From assembly GCA_963677745.1 (NCBI GenBank), contig OY782391.1, forward strand, positions 544,001-608,000: a stretch of DNA of 64,000 nt, in the 5' to 3' direction. Positions 1 to 8,908 of the stretch are shown piece by piece. Source of the stretch: Candidatus Altimarinota bacterium (lineage in GTDB: Bacteria > Patescibacteriota > Gracilibacteria > UBA1369). Below the pieces are notes generated by a model. It did not search any database. It was not told where the DNA came from and worked only from the letters and a program-made list of their open reading frames with translations. Numbering within the stretch: position 1 is the first letter of the stretch; each line of letters opens with the position of its first letter. A program made the translations under genes and the position numbers.

Positions 1-27
1 TTACCCCAGGAGTCTAGCCTATATTGG

Positions 28-774
28 CTAATAGTCAAGCTTAATCTGACTCCTCTCCGCCTTCGGCCAAGCCGCTGGAGAAGCTGATTTCCCGTACTTA
101 ATATAAACGGCCGCCAAGCCCAAAACCGCAATTAACAAAAGCCCAGTCCAGAACCACCCCCAGCCACCCCAATTTTCTCCGTCCCGGGTTGTAAACGGTA
201 AATTCAAGGCTTCCAGCAAAGCCGTTTCATTCAAATCGGCTGCCTGGACAACCGGTGCCGCTAAAACAGCCCCCTTAGACATTTCCGGTACCGGTTTCCC
301 TTCAATAAAAACTCCTAAATCAGCAGTTTGAGTGACCGTTTTAACTGCATCCACATTGGACCCGACTGTCCCGGCACTCCAAATCACGGCAGATAAATCC
401 TTCCGGCCGTTATCGAATGTACTTAAAACCTGATTCTCAAAGCTGGTAACAGCCGGCGCCCGGCTGGACATCTTAAAGGAAGCCAAAATCCCATCGGACA
501 CCGCCGGAAGCTCTTTGGCTTTCATACTTATTCCCAAGACCAGTTTCCCCTGGTCCGGTAAAGCTTTTGCCATCACCAACGGCTTTTGATCCAGAGACAG
601 GTTTTGAAAAATCCGGCCATTCTCCATTCCCATAAAATCCCCTTCCAAAAATCCCTTTTCAAACCTGATATCGGCAGCCAGTCCCAAAAAATTTGCCGGC
701 AAATCTTTGCCCGTCAGATCATAACGCGTTGTACCATCGGCCAAACCGGCACTCTGCAAAAAAATTTCCGTCAT
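28..774 (-). CDS. Membrane-anchored protein with a cohesin-like N-terminal beta-domain and C-terminal TM helix
   Basis: Cohesin-like pattern (LPANFLGLAADIRF...LVLGISMK...SDGILASF); C-terminal TM WGWFWTGLLLIAVLGLAAVYI followed by basic residues; lies downstream of the cohesin/dockerin gene. Confidence 0.5.
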   Translation of the reverse strand: MTEIFLQSAGLADGTTRYDLTGKDLPANFLGLAADIRFEKGFLEGDFMGMENGRIFQNLSLDQKPLVMAKALPDQGKLVLGISMKAKELPAVSDGILASFKMSSRAPAVTSFENQVLSTFDNGRKDLSAVIWSAGTVGSNVDAVKTVTQTADLGVFIEGKPVPEMSKGAVLAAPVVQAADLNETALLEALNLPFTTRDGENWGGWGWFWTGLLLIAVLGLAAVYIKYGKSASPAAWPKAERSQIKLDY

Positions 775-817
775 TTTTATAATATTTAGCTTATAAATCC
801 TGCCAGATGGACGGCCT

Positions 818-845
818 GGCGCCGCCGGAAAATTCCGGCGGCGCC
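818..845. promoter_or_regulatory. GC-rich intergenic stem-loop without U-tract
   Basis: Perfect 13-bp inverted repeat GGCGCCGCCGGAA-aa-TTCCGGCGGCGCC between two minus-strand genes. Confidence 0.6.
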
Positions 846-861
846 GGCCTCCCCTAAAAAA

Positions 862-2391
862 CTACTGGTACCTTTGGGCAAAAGCAGCCCCGATATCAAT
901 TAAATCACTGCCGTTAATTAGACCGTCATAAGTCGTATCGACCAGGGCATCAAACCCTGCAGCCTGATCGTCCTCGGCAAAATGCCTGGCCAGTCTTTCC
1001 AGATCACGTCCATCCACCAAATCGGACCGGTTATTATCGCCCTTTATACCACGACCTTCCTGCGCCGAAATCCCAACCGATGTACTGAGCCGGTCTCCTT
1101 TGACCGCCGTAATTCTGTACTGATAAATCAACCCCGGAACAATATTTCCTCCGCCGGCAACTCCGTCCTGATCGATAAATTCAGTGGCATTCACCCCACC
1201 CAGCACCTTCCAGACACCATGGGCGTCCATCCTTTCCACGCGATAATGATCGGGAACGGACCCCGAAGCGGTCCAGCTTAATTCAATCTGATACCTGCCC
1301 ATACCTTGTGTCGCCTGCAAATTGGTAACAGGTTCAACTAAGATAAGACCCGTCTCCAGACTGGCCGGAACCATCGATATAGTCATATCGGCGGACGGTG
1401 TCGAAGAAAAAGATTCCGGGCCGAAACTCACCTGCATGGAGGAACCTGAATCCGACAAAACCTTGAAAATCACCTCAAATAAATCTCCCGAACCGCTGCG
1501 GCCCAGCTTGGGATTGATGGTCCGTGCCTCCGCCACCAGCAGTTGTCCGGGGTGACCGGCCTTCAGGCCGCTTTGGAATGAAGTTCCCACGGCACCGGAT
1601 TCATTAAGGAAAGTTCCGACTGCCGCGCTCTGAAATTCCAAAACCGCCGGATCATAAATCAGCTCATGACCATAGGCAAACAGGTCGGTTACATTTTCCG
1701 CTTTCACCGACAAAACAACATTTTGGCCGGCCTGAACCCCGCCCGCCGGAAATTCTGCCTTAATTCTGGTCTGTTGGGCAGACGAGACGGAAACCGAATT
1801 GAGTTGTCCGGGAGTTCCGATAATCAAAGCGCCGGCGGAAGCCAAAGCCCCCGAACCGCCAATCGACGCGGCAAAGTTGGCAGCCGTATCGCCCGTCAAA
1901 GCAGCAACTCTTTCCATAGTTGAAAAGCCACTGGAAGACCCGGCATACCAGACTCCCCCGCTGCCGTTGACGGTATCGATCACAGCCGCCGAAGAATCCA
2001 CCAGCTGAAGCGAATCACCGGTGTTGGCCAACGACATATTATACATAAATCCGGCCGTCACGTTGGAAACCGCATTCTCACTATCCTCAATCAAAGTATA
2101 GCTGTTGGCCGAAATAGTGGCCCCCGCCGGAAAAGTAAAAGCATCAGCCCCGTCATCACGCAGCTTCCAGCCGGACAGATCCACCGCCGCGCCCGTGGTG
2201 TTATAAAGTTCAATCCACTCATCATTGGCGGAATCGGCCGACCCGGCCCAGGCCACCTCGTTTATCACCACCGCGCCGGGCGCGGCAGCCTTCACCTCCT
2301 CTCCCCACATCATCCCCGTGAGCAGGGTCACTCCCAACAAACCGACTTGGCCTGTCGCCAATCTTTTTCTGTTCTTCTCGGAAAAAATCAT
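862..2391 (-). CDS. Secreted lamin-tail domain + cohesin + FN3 + dockerin protein
   Basis: Signal peptide; LTD (VVINEVAW..DEWIELYN..VDLSGWKL); cohesin (ENVTDLFAYGHELIYDPAVLEF..GSGDLFEVIFKV); FN3 (PVTNL..LSW..YRVER..YQYRITAV); two dockerin-type Ca-binding loops (GDNNRSDLVDGRDL, DTTYDGLINGSDL). Confidence 0.8.
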   Translation of the reverse strand: MIFSEKNRKRLATGQVGLLGVTLLTGMMWGEEVKAAAPGAVVINEVAWAGSADSANDEWIELYNTTGAAVDLSGWKLRDDGADAFTFPAGATISANSYTLIEDSENAVSNVTAGFMYNMSLANTGDSLQLVDSSAAVIDTVNGSGGVWYAGSSSGFSTMERVAALTGDTAANFAASIGGSGALASAGALIIGTPGQLNSVSVSSAQQTRIKAEFPAGGVQAGQNVVLSVKAENVTDLFAYGHELIYDPAVLEFQSAAVGTFLNESGAVGTSFQSGLKAGHPGQLLVAEARTINPKLGRSGSGDLFEVIFKVLSDSGSSMQVSFGPESFSSTPSADMTISMVPASLETGLILVEPVTNLQATQGMGRYQIELSWTASGSVPDHYRVERMDAHGVWKVLGGVNATEFIDQDGVAGGGNIVPGLIYQYRITAVKGDRLSTSVGISAQEGRGIKGDNNRSDLVDGRDLERLARHFAEDDQAAGFDALVDTTYDGLINGSDLIDIGAAFAQRYQ

Positions 2392-2478
2392 ATTAAGCAG
2401 GTTAGGAATAATTTACAAACCGGCCGGTTCGCGTCATCACCCTACCTGATGGTCATTATCGCTCCTTAAAATAAATCT

Positions 2479-2513
2479 AAAAAAGTCCCATACGCCGTGA
2501 TGGTGTATGGGAC
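2479..2513 (-). terminator. Intrinsic terminator of 2564..3163
   Basis: Stem GTCCCATACRCC/GGYGTATGGGAC followed by T6 on the minus strand. Confidence 0.7.
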
Positions 2514-2563
2514 CAGTTTTTCAGCAGACCTTTCTGGTCCGGAACGGGTCTACCCGATAACAT

Positions 2564-3163
2564 TTATTCCTGTACGGTATCAGTATCTTGTTCCGTAGTT
2601 TGACCACTGTTCTGAGCAGCCTTACCTTTACCAAATCTGTCTTTGAACTTTCCTTTCTGGGAAGGTGTTATGCCGTTTTTCTCCAGAATCTGGTGTACCA
2701 GTTCCCGGTCGTTGGCGGCCAGGGCAGCTTTCAGTTCGGCCTTCACGGCATCGGAAAGTTTTTGCACTTCCGGCAAATCGAGAGGGTTCCCTTTCATTCT
2801 CCCACGCATTCCCCCCATACCCAACCCTGCCGGCATTTTCAAATCCTTGGCAATAGTTTTGGCCTGATCATACTGTTCAGACTTAATGGCATCAAATAAC
2901 GCAGACATTTTGGCGAACTCCTCAGCCGTTACCTTGTCGGCAATCAGCTGTCTGCCGGAACCGATCATAAACTGTTTCCAGGCAGTATAGTCAGCCTGAT
3001 CAATCAGTTTCAGCTCATCGATCCGCAAATCCCAGTTCATGGGTTGCTTATCCAGATCATCTTCAGCGGGCAGATTGGCACCGATAGACTGTGCGCCGGC
3101 CATTGATGCTCCAACTGCTACAGTCACCAGCATTCCACTGATAAATTTATTCCTTATTTTCAT
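2564..3163 (-). CDS. Secreted helical hypothetical protein (probable ECF sigma target)
   Basis: Signal peptide (..MAGA-Q); helical, with a GMGGMRGRMKG stretch; preceded by the same promoter motif as the ECF operon. Confidence 0.7.
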   Translation of the reverse strand: MKIRNKFISGMLVTVAVGASMAGAQSIGANLPAEDDLDKQPMNWDLRIDELKLIDQADYTAWKQFMIGSGRQLIADKVTAEEFAKMSALFDAIKSEQYDQAKTIAKDLKMPAGLGMGGMRGRMKGNPLDLPEVQKLSDAVKAELKAALAANDRELVHQILEKNGITPSQKGKFKDRFGKGKAAQNSGQTTEQDTDTVQE

Positions 3164-3229
3164 AGTTGCTGTTATTGGTTAATATTTAATTTTACCTTGA
3201 AAAGATTCCATGGCATCTTTCACTGATTA

Positions 3230-3257
3230 ATACACCGGTCTAAAATTTTTTATTACA
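3230..3257 (-). promoter_or_regulatory. Putative ECF sigma promoter TGTAAT-N17-TGTAT
   Basis: Same elements and spacing as the motif at 4725..4752 upstream of the sigma gene. Confidence 0.65.
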
Positions 3258-3296
3258 AAAAAACACCCGCTGCAGACATGCTGCTAAGATTGCTGC

Positions 3297-4070
3297 TTAC
3301 TGGACCGGAACCGGCGGTGGAGGCAGTGGTTTACCCTTTCTGACAACCTGCATCATCATCTTTACATTAACTCCCTTTTTGAATCTCAGATCTTCCGCCC
3401 TGAAATGATCCCCATCAAGCACCCGTCCGACAGCGAATATCATTTGCCCGGCCTTTAATTCCCTACCCGCCATTCTGTCGGCCAGCGGCGGCACCATTTC
3501 CACCTCCCAGACATTCTCGCGCAAATCCACCAGCTCAAACAAAGATCTGGATTGTATAGTCAAAATCCGCCCCGGTAGAATTCCCATTTCCGGAAGATTG
3601 AATCTGGCTTCCCGTTGATTTTCCATGGCCTCATAAAAAGGCAAATGGGAGCGCATGGCTTCCTCAAAGCGTTCGGTTGCACTGCTCAAATAGATTGTCC
3701 CGGCCAGACTGGTCGACAGCATTATTGCCCCCAGCACCACCCAACCCGGACTGTACTTGTAACCGCTGCCGGTTTTCTCAAAAGCAACCGTCACCAGCCA
3801 CAATATAATTATCAGCAAAGCAATCCACACCAGCGGCAACACTTCAAACACCCGGGGAGCTCCCTTCTCTCCAAACAGCGAAACAAATTCCCAGTCCAGA
3901 TTATTAAGTTTCAAAAGCACAATACTCATTACCAGCCCACCGGTAATAATTGCCATCACCAGAGCAATAATCAGCATTACTCTGGCCAGCGCAAACTGCC
4001 AGCGCGGACGGGGTTTGATACCGTCATGCTTGATTTTTCCCAGAATATTTTTACTGATATTGTCACTCAT
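3297..4070 (-). CDS. Multi-pass membrane protein, probable anti-sigma factor
   Basis: Overlaps the ECF sigma stop; three TM helices plus an extracellular OB-like C-terminus. Confidence 0.65.
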   Translation of the reverse strand: MSDNISKNILGKIKHDGIKPRPRWQFALARVMLIIALVMAIITGGLVMSIVLLKLNNLDWEFVSLFGEKGAPRVFEVLPLVWIALLIIILWLVTVAFEKTGSGYKYSPGWVVLGAIMLSTSLAGTIYLSSATERFEEAMRSHLPFYEAMENQREARFNLPEMGILPGRILTIQSRSLFELVDLRENVWEVEMVPPLADRMAGRELKAGQMIFAVGRVLDGDHFRAEDLRFKKGVNVKMMMQVVRKGKPLPPPPVPVQ

Positions 4071-4698
4071 ATTTGAGTAGATTAAACTTTATAGCCAGTT
4101 CCTTGAAAGCCTCTTTAGCCCGTCCCAGTATCACGCCGACCGTCCCCAACGGTTTTTTCAGAACATAACTTATTTCATTGTAATCGTAATCCTCCAGATA
4201 ACGCAGAATCAGAATTTCCCGGTAGTCCTCTCGCAGATGAGCCAGAACTTCCCTGACTTTGAACGCCGTTTCCTTTTTTTCAATTTCCATCTGCACGTTT
4301 TCTTCACTGGCCAGTACTTTCAAAAGGGTAATTCCCTCTCCGTCCTCCGCTTCCAGACTGACGGCAGCCTGTTGCCGGTTTTTCCTCAGATAATTAAGTG
4401 CCTCATTGTGAGCGATCCGGTAAATCCAGCTGGAGAAAGGCAGTTTTTGATTGAAAGCGTTAAGATTGCGGTAAACCTTGATCATGGTTTCCTGGAAAAT
4501 ATCCTCGGCAAAATGACTGTTGGCTCCGGTAAAATAATTCAGATAACGCATCAATTTCTTTTCATAGCGCCCGATAATAAGAGCAAACTTTTCAGCGTCC
4601 CCCAGCGCCATCCGGACCAGTTCGGCATCATCCGGTACAGTCTTGGCGTCCGCCACAACGGCAGATTCATCCTGTTTTTTAGGATCATTCGGGATCAC
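4063..4698 (-). CDS. RNA polymerase sigma-70 factor, ECF subfamily (SigW-like)
   Basis: Region 2 AEDIFQETMIKVY..FSSWIYRIAHNEALNYLRK; region 4 YREILILRYLEDYDYNEIS..PLGTV. Confidence 0.92.
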   Translation of the reverse strand: MIPNDPKKQDESAVVADAKTVPDDAELVRMALGDAEKFALIIGRYEKKLMRYLNYFTGANSHFAEDIFQETMIKVYRNLNAFNQKLPFSSWIYRIAHNEALNYLRKNRQQAAVSLEAEDGEGITLLKVLASEENVQMEIEKKETAFKVREVLAHLREDYREILILRYLEDYDYNEISYVLKKPLGTVGVILGRAKEAFKELAIKFNLLKYE

Positions 4699-4724
4699 TG
4701 GATTATTTTTATTATTACTCTTCT

Positions 4725-4752
4725 ATACAAGCAGTCCGGCCAAAAAATTACA
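4725..4752 (-). promoter_or_regulatory. Putative autoregulatory ECF promoter TGTAAT-N17-TGTAT
   Basis: Motif 27 bp upstream of the sigma start, repeated at 3230..3257. Confidence 0.65.
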
Positions 4753-4818
4753 ATAAAAACCGTACCGCTCGATTATTGTAACGGTACAAACCTCCAATTC
4801 AATAACCAATACCACCCT

Positions 4819-6333
4819 TTATAATTTCTGCTTTTCCGCGCGTTCCAAAGCCCGGTAACCAAGTGTGAAAAGCGCCCGTCCCGTGGTCCGGTTATACTGG
4901 ATCTGGTCCGGCTGTTTTCTTATAGCTTTGAAGATCTGATCAAAAGGCAGTTCGCCCGTCTGTTGCAAACCTTTCCGCAAAACTGATTTGTCGGGACCTT
5001 CATGCAATGCCATCGTGGAAACGAGTGGCATCAGGGCGATGGTCAGACCGTAGGTGTCTTCAGCATTGGTCTCCGCGCCGGTATAGGTCATCTGACTGAC
5101 AGGAAAAGGCAGTTCGGATTTGGCGATCTGCATACCGACCGCACATAATTCATGAAAAACCACCGGAGGCAAATCCCCTCCCAAACGCACTTCACTGTCG
5201 GCGCCAACATTAATGGTGATTGGCTGATTAATCCTGATCCTCATATCCAGGGCATTACCGGCCTTGGGAAACCTCCTGGACAGATAAACGTGGGTAGCTT
5301 CATGCCTGATATAATCATTAACAACCTGCCTTTCAAAATCAGGGCTGCTATTCACATCTGCAAAACCTTCGAACGAAGCAACTCTTTTTTTCATACGGCT
5401 GGAGGCGGCGGAAACATTTTCTTTCAGCACGATCATCCTGCTAAAAGTGGCATCACACAAAGCAACATAATCTCCGTTAATACCGGAAAGTTGCTTGGGA
5501 ACCATCGATTTCCCGACTTCCAGTAAGGGTACTGAAATAGTTCCCTGATCATCCGTCATATTCACATATTTTGCCCCTGTAATCTTAAATACATCGAGCC
5601 GCAGCAGGCCGTTCCCCCTGTTCTGCATATCCATATAGATTCCTCCCCGGATCAAATATTCGTTCAGCCTGCCAATCAATGCTTCATGCGAATGATCCCA
5701 GGTCTTGCCGAAGGCTTCCATATCGGCCTTGATCGCCGGATTCATGGATTCGAGCAGACCGGCGATGGCACTCAAAAACTGCCCCATCACCTCCGTGTTT
5801 TTGAGAGGATTTTCAGACAAACGAGGTATCAGATTCTGATTCAACTCCTTTTCCACGCGCGCTGCGTATTTTTTGCAGATTTCCGCATACTTGTTTTCCG
5901 CCAAAGCAGCCGGTTTTTTTGTCATCCGGGCCAAATGGGATTCATATTCGGGAGTCCCCTGATTAACCGTATCCGCAATCATAAAAGTTGGCATAGCGGC
6001 AAAAGTTTTCATTTCCGGTTCGACAAATCGCATTCCACCGCCATTGATGGTTTCGACGGATTTCGGAGAGCTTTCCCCTTTTCCGACTGTGCTTTCCCCT
6101 CTTCCGGCGTCACTTCCCGCGTTTCCCCCGTCAACAGCAGTCAGCGTGAAGGAACTTGAAGAACTCCCTGTAGAATCTGGTTTTGATTTCTGATCCTCGC
6201 AACAGCCTGAAACAGCCGTGCTCACAGCCAATATTGCAGCCATGAGGGCCGGATGACGTGAAAGATGGGGCAAAACACCTGTTTCCTCCACACTCCGCTG
6301 ATCCAAAAAACCGGACAATGATAATTTAGCCAT
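4819..6333 (-). CDS. Hypothetical lipoprotein with HExxH zinc-metalloprotease-like motif
   Basis: Hydrophobic segment ending VSGC after an N-terminal extension; IRHEATHVYL plus a downstream FHELCA glutamate. Confidence 0.55.
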   Translation of the reverse strand: MAKLSLSGFLDQRSVEETGVLPHLSRHPALMAAILAVSTAVSGCCEDQKSKPDSTGSSSSSFTLTAVDGGNAGSDAGRGESTVGKGESSPKSVETINGGGMRFVEPEMKTFAAMPTFMIADTVNQGTPEYESHLARMTKKPAALAENKYAEICKKYAARVEKELNQNLIPRLSENPLKNTEVMGQFLSAIAGLLESMNPAIKADMEAFGKTWDHSHEALIGRLNEYLIRGGIYMDMQNRGNGLLRLDVFKITGAKYVNMTDDQGTISVPLLEVGKSMVPKQLSGINGDYVALCDATFSRMIVLKENVSAASSRMKKRVASFEGFADVNSSPDFERQVVNDYIRHEATHVYLSRRFPKAGNALDMRIRINQPITINVGADSEVRLGGDLPPVVFHELCAVGMQIAKSELPFPVSQMTYTGAETNAEDTYGLTIALMPLVSTMALHEGPDKSVLRKGLQQTGELPFDQIFKAIRKQPDQIQYNRTTGRALFTLGYRALERAEKQKL

Positions 6334-6365
6334 AAATTTTAAAATTAGGCGATATTATGTCCGAA

Positions 6366-7223
6366 TCAGGCGATTTTGTCAAGTTTGTGTGCCAGTTCAT
6401 GATGTCCCCGGCAAAGCGACCTCAGATTTCCCGGATCCTGCCCGCCTCCCCCGGCAAACCGCCGCAAATGATGAATTTGATCAGCTCTTCGCCCGCATCC
6501 CTCTGCCGAACACCTGCTGCCATGTTTTTGATACATCAGCATCTTCACAGTGACCGGCACATATCTGGACCGGTCTTTCAGCTCATGCTCCATCCTTTCC
6601 TGAATATGCAGCTCTTCAGCTGCAATTTCCTTCTCCCTTTTTTCCAGCATCCCCTTCAACACCTGATTCAGATCCAGTCCTTTCCGCTTCAGTTCATCCA
6701 GTTTCTCCGCCACCTCCGCACTGATTCCCAGCTCGGCCAAAGTTTGTTGAAGCGAACTAATATATTTCACAAACGCTATAGGCGCGTTTGTGTTCTGTGC
6801 GCACAGACTTTTTGCCAGATTTTCAGGCTCCGCAGAGCCATTTTTCTCCTGCATCTCTTTCACTTTGATATCCAGCGACGCATAACTCAACTGCCGGGTC
6901 ATCTCCAGAACCTGCGCGGAATTTTCCACCGTCGCCACCGCAGCTACCCTAGCCAGTTTGCCCGCACTTACTTTCCCATCCACCAGAGCTTCCCGCAGCA
7001 CAGGCATCCGCTCAAATCGCCTTTCCAACCGTAACACTTCATCCACCTGATCACGAGTCATCCCCGCCAATCTTGCCGCGAATTCATAAATCGACCCAAA
7101 CCCCCGTCGTTCAAAAAGTCCCCGTCTATTCACCTCCGGCAGCAGCCCGGCAAATTTCCGCCGCGCCTCCAATGCCCTGGCTCCATATTTTTTACATAAT
7201 CGATAGAGTTGTTTGTCGGTCAT
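6366..7223 (-). CDS. DUF222-like/HNH endonuclease domain protein
   Basis: C-terminal CSAEGC..QIHH..GG...NLRSLCRGHH HNH motif; N-terminal GFGSIYEFA..AG DUF222-like region. Confidence 0.85.
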   Translation of the reverse strand: MTDKQLYRLCKKYGARALEARRKFAGLLPEVNRRGLFERRGFGSIYEFAARLAGMTRDQVDEVLRLERRFERMPVLREALVDGKVSAGKLARVAAVATVENSAQVLEMTRQLSYASLDIKVKEMQEKNGSAEPENLAKSLCAQNTNAPIAFVKYISSLQQTLAELGISAEVAEKLDELKRKGLDLNQVLKGMLEKREKEIAAEELHIQERMEHELKDRSRYVPVTVKMLMYQKHGSRCSAEGCGRRADQIHHLRRFAGGGGQDPGNLRSLCRGHHELAHKLDKIA

Positions 7224-7564
7224 TTTTCATGATTATTATTTATTAATTATATAGCAGAAACAAGCCAAATAGTGAAGCTCAGACACTGGAAAAACCAACT
7301 CAATTGTGGTCATATCGAACGTCCCAAAAGACGAACCACGACGCCCCAAAACACTCGCAACAACTCTCCAACAAACCTCGCACCCACCCTGGTATAAAAT
7401 TAAATTTGCATCCCCCCTTGTATATGTTAAAATCAGCGCGCAATTGCCCCTGCGAAGCGACAATTCCCCAATTGTCCTCGCCAAGCGGCAATCCGCAACA
7501 ATCACCGGCCGGCAAAGCAGCATCGCCGGTCAGCAAACTCCCGGCCGCAGTCCCTTCGAAACAA

Positions 7565-7640
7565 GCCGCAGTAGCTCAGATGGTAGAGCGCATCCATGGT
7601 AAGGATGAGGTCACGGGTTCGATTCCCGTCTGTGGCTCCA
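7565..7640 (+). tRNA. tRNA-Thr(GGT)
   Basis: GCCGCAG acceptor, D-arm TAGCTCAGATGGTAGAGC, anticodon arm CATCC-ATGGTAA-GGATG, T-arm GGTTCGATTCC, encoded CCA. Confidence 0.97.
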
Positions 7641-7666
7641 TGTATAATTTATGGCTTATTTAAAGC

Positions 7667-8554
7667 CTATTCGAGCATTTCATGCTGTCTGAAATGTTTT
7701 ATCAAATCCTTTACTTCCGCTTCTTGATGAAATTTGCCGGCTAGATTAAGTATATTCCGCTCCAAATCGACTTTATATCCATTCACCTTCTCCCGCGCAT
7801 ATGCTATTCCAAACCGGTCTTTTCCTGTGGGACCAAAAAGCTGATTGAGCATTACTGTCAGGGCATCTTTCGACTTTTCACCCGGAGTCCACATCAAACG
7901 ATCGGCAAAACTGATTTTCGAATCAAAAAATGGATTCCCTAAAGCCTCGTTGTAGTCAATTGTGCGCTTTAGAGATTCGGGATGAAACCAGCCCATCTGA
8001 TCCGCGGATTGCACAATTTTCCCGACAAATGTTGAAGGAGAATTCAGATATGGAGTAATTTCCCGACTTTGAAAATCATGACAAAGTATAGCTTCCTCTA
8101 CGAACGGGATAATCCGGGGTACGTTTAAATAATCACAAAATTGTTTTGCCCGCCTGGCACTCAAAATATGGTGAGATTTCTGTTCCTCGACAATGAATTT
8201 TCCCTGATCATTGAATCTTCCACAATCATGAAAAATAGAGGCTATCGAGACAATTATGATTGCCCAATCAAACACGTCTTTCTTAAAAACCCCGCTTACT
8301 TCTTTCAACAAGTCTTCTTTTTCTGAAATGGTCAGGTTTTCCAATAACTTCATACCAGCTACCCTCACCTGATCACCATGGGTAAAACCATGATGTGTAT
8401 CAGCCAGAAACACCTCCACCCATAAATCATCGGGAAAAGCTTTTTGAATTAGACTTTTAAAACCGCCACTACTGAATTTGATTAAATCAAGGACATCCGT
8501 TGTTGGAATTTTCCGAAGGTTTCCACTTTTTTGTCCCGGCAAGTTCATAAACAA
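7667..8554 (-). CDS. HD-domain metal-dependent phosphohydrolase
   Basis: HHGFTH..FHDCGR..HHILSA..ILCHD..SADQ motifs; AT-rich; converges on the tRNA 3' end. Confidence 0.8.
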   Translation of the reverse strand: MFMNLPGQKSGNLRKIPTTDVLDLIKFSSGGFKSLIQKAFPDDLWVEVFLADTHHGFTHGDQVRVAGMKLLENLTISEKEDLLKEVSGVFKKDVFDWAIIIVSIASIFHDCGRFNDQGKFIVEEQKSHHILSARRAKQFCDYLNVPRIIPFVEEAILCHDFQSREITPYLNSPSTFVGKIVQSADQMGWFHPESLKRTIDYNEALGNPFFDSKISFADRLMWTPGEKSKDALTVMLNQLFGPTGKDRFGIAYAREKVNGYKVDLERNILNLAGKFHQEAEVKDLIKHFRQHEMLE

Positions 8555-8626
8555 TAGTTATTTCCAGCACATCTTTGCATAAACAACAGCCGTTTACCAT
8601 AATACAGCACTTCACGACCTCTGCAC

Positions 8627-8659
8627 GACTTTAGTTCGAACATCGCACCAGATGGAGCT
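8627..8659 (+). repeat. 33-bp degenerate direct repeat, copy A
   Basis: GACTTTAGTTCGAACATCGCACCAGATGGAGCT; 29/33 identical to 13497..13529. Confidence 0.8.
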
Positions 8660-8908
8660 CCATTAAACAGCATTTTGTTATCAGAATCCCCACGCTGCTC
8701 TTCAGCATGCTCTTTTTGGGTTCTACCCTTTTGTGAACATCCATCAAACTTATCAGGGTTGGACCTGAAATGAATATCCACAAAGATTTTCACTTTTCCC
8801 CTCCTTCCTCCTAAACATTTCTATCCTATCCACAAACAGACAAACAGCGAGTTTACAAAAAGACAGTTATGTGTCATAATGGCTAGATTATGTTAAACCA
8901 AAAACAAA

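Noticed and set aside
7236-7663. Short ORFs across the HNH-tRNA intergenic region
   Set aside because: They overlap the tRNA or promoter region and have no coding signature
8770-8835. Two TATCCACA DnaA-box-like words
   Set aside because: Each has a mismatch, there are only two, and there is no dnaA or oriC context
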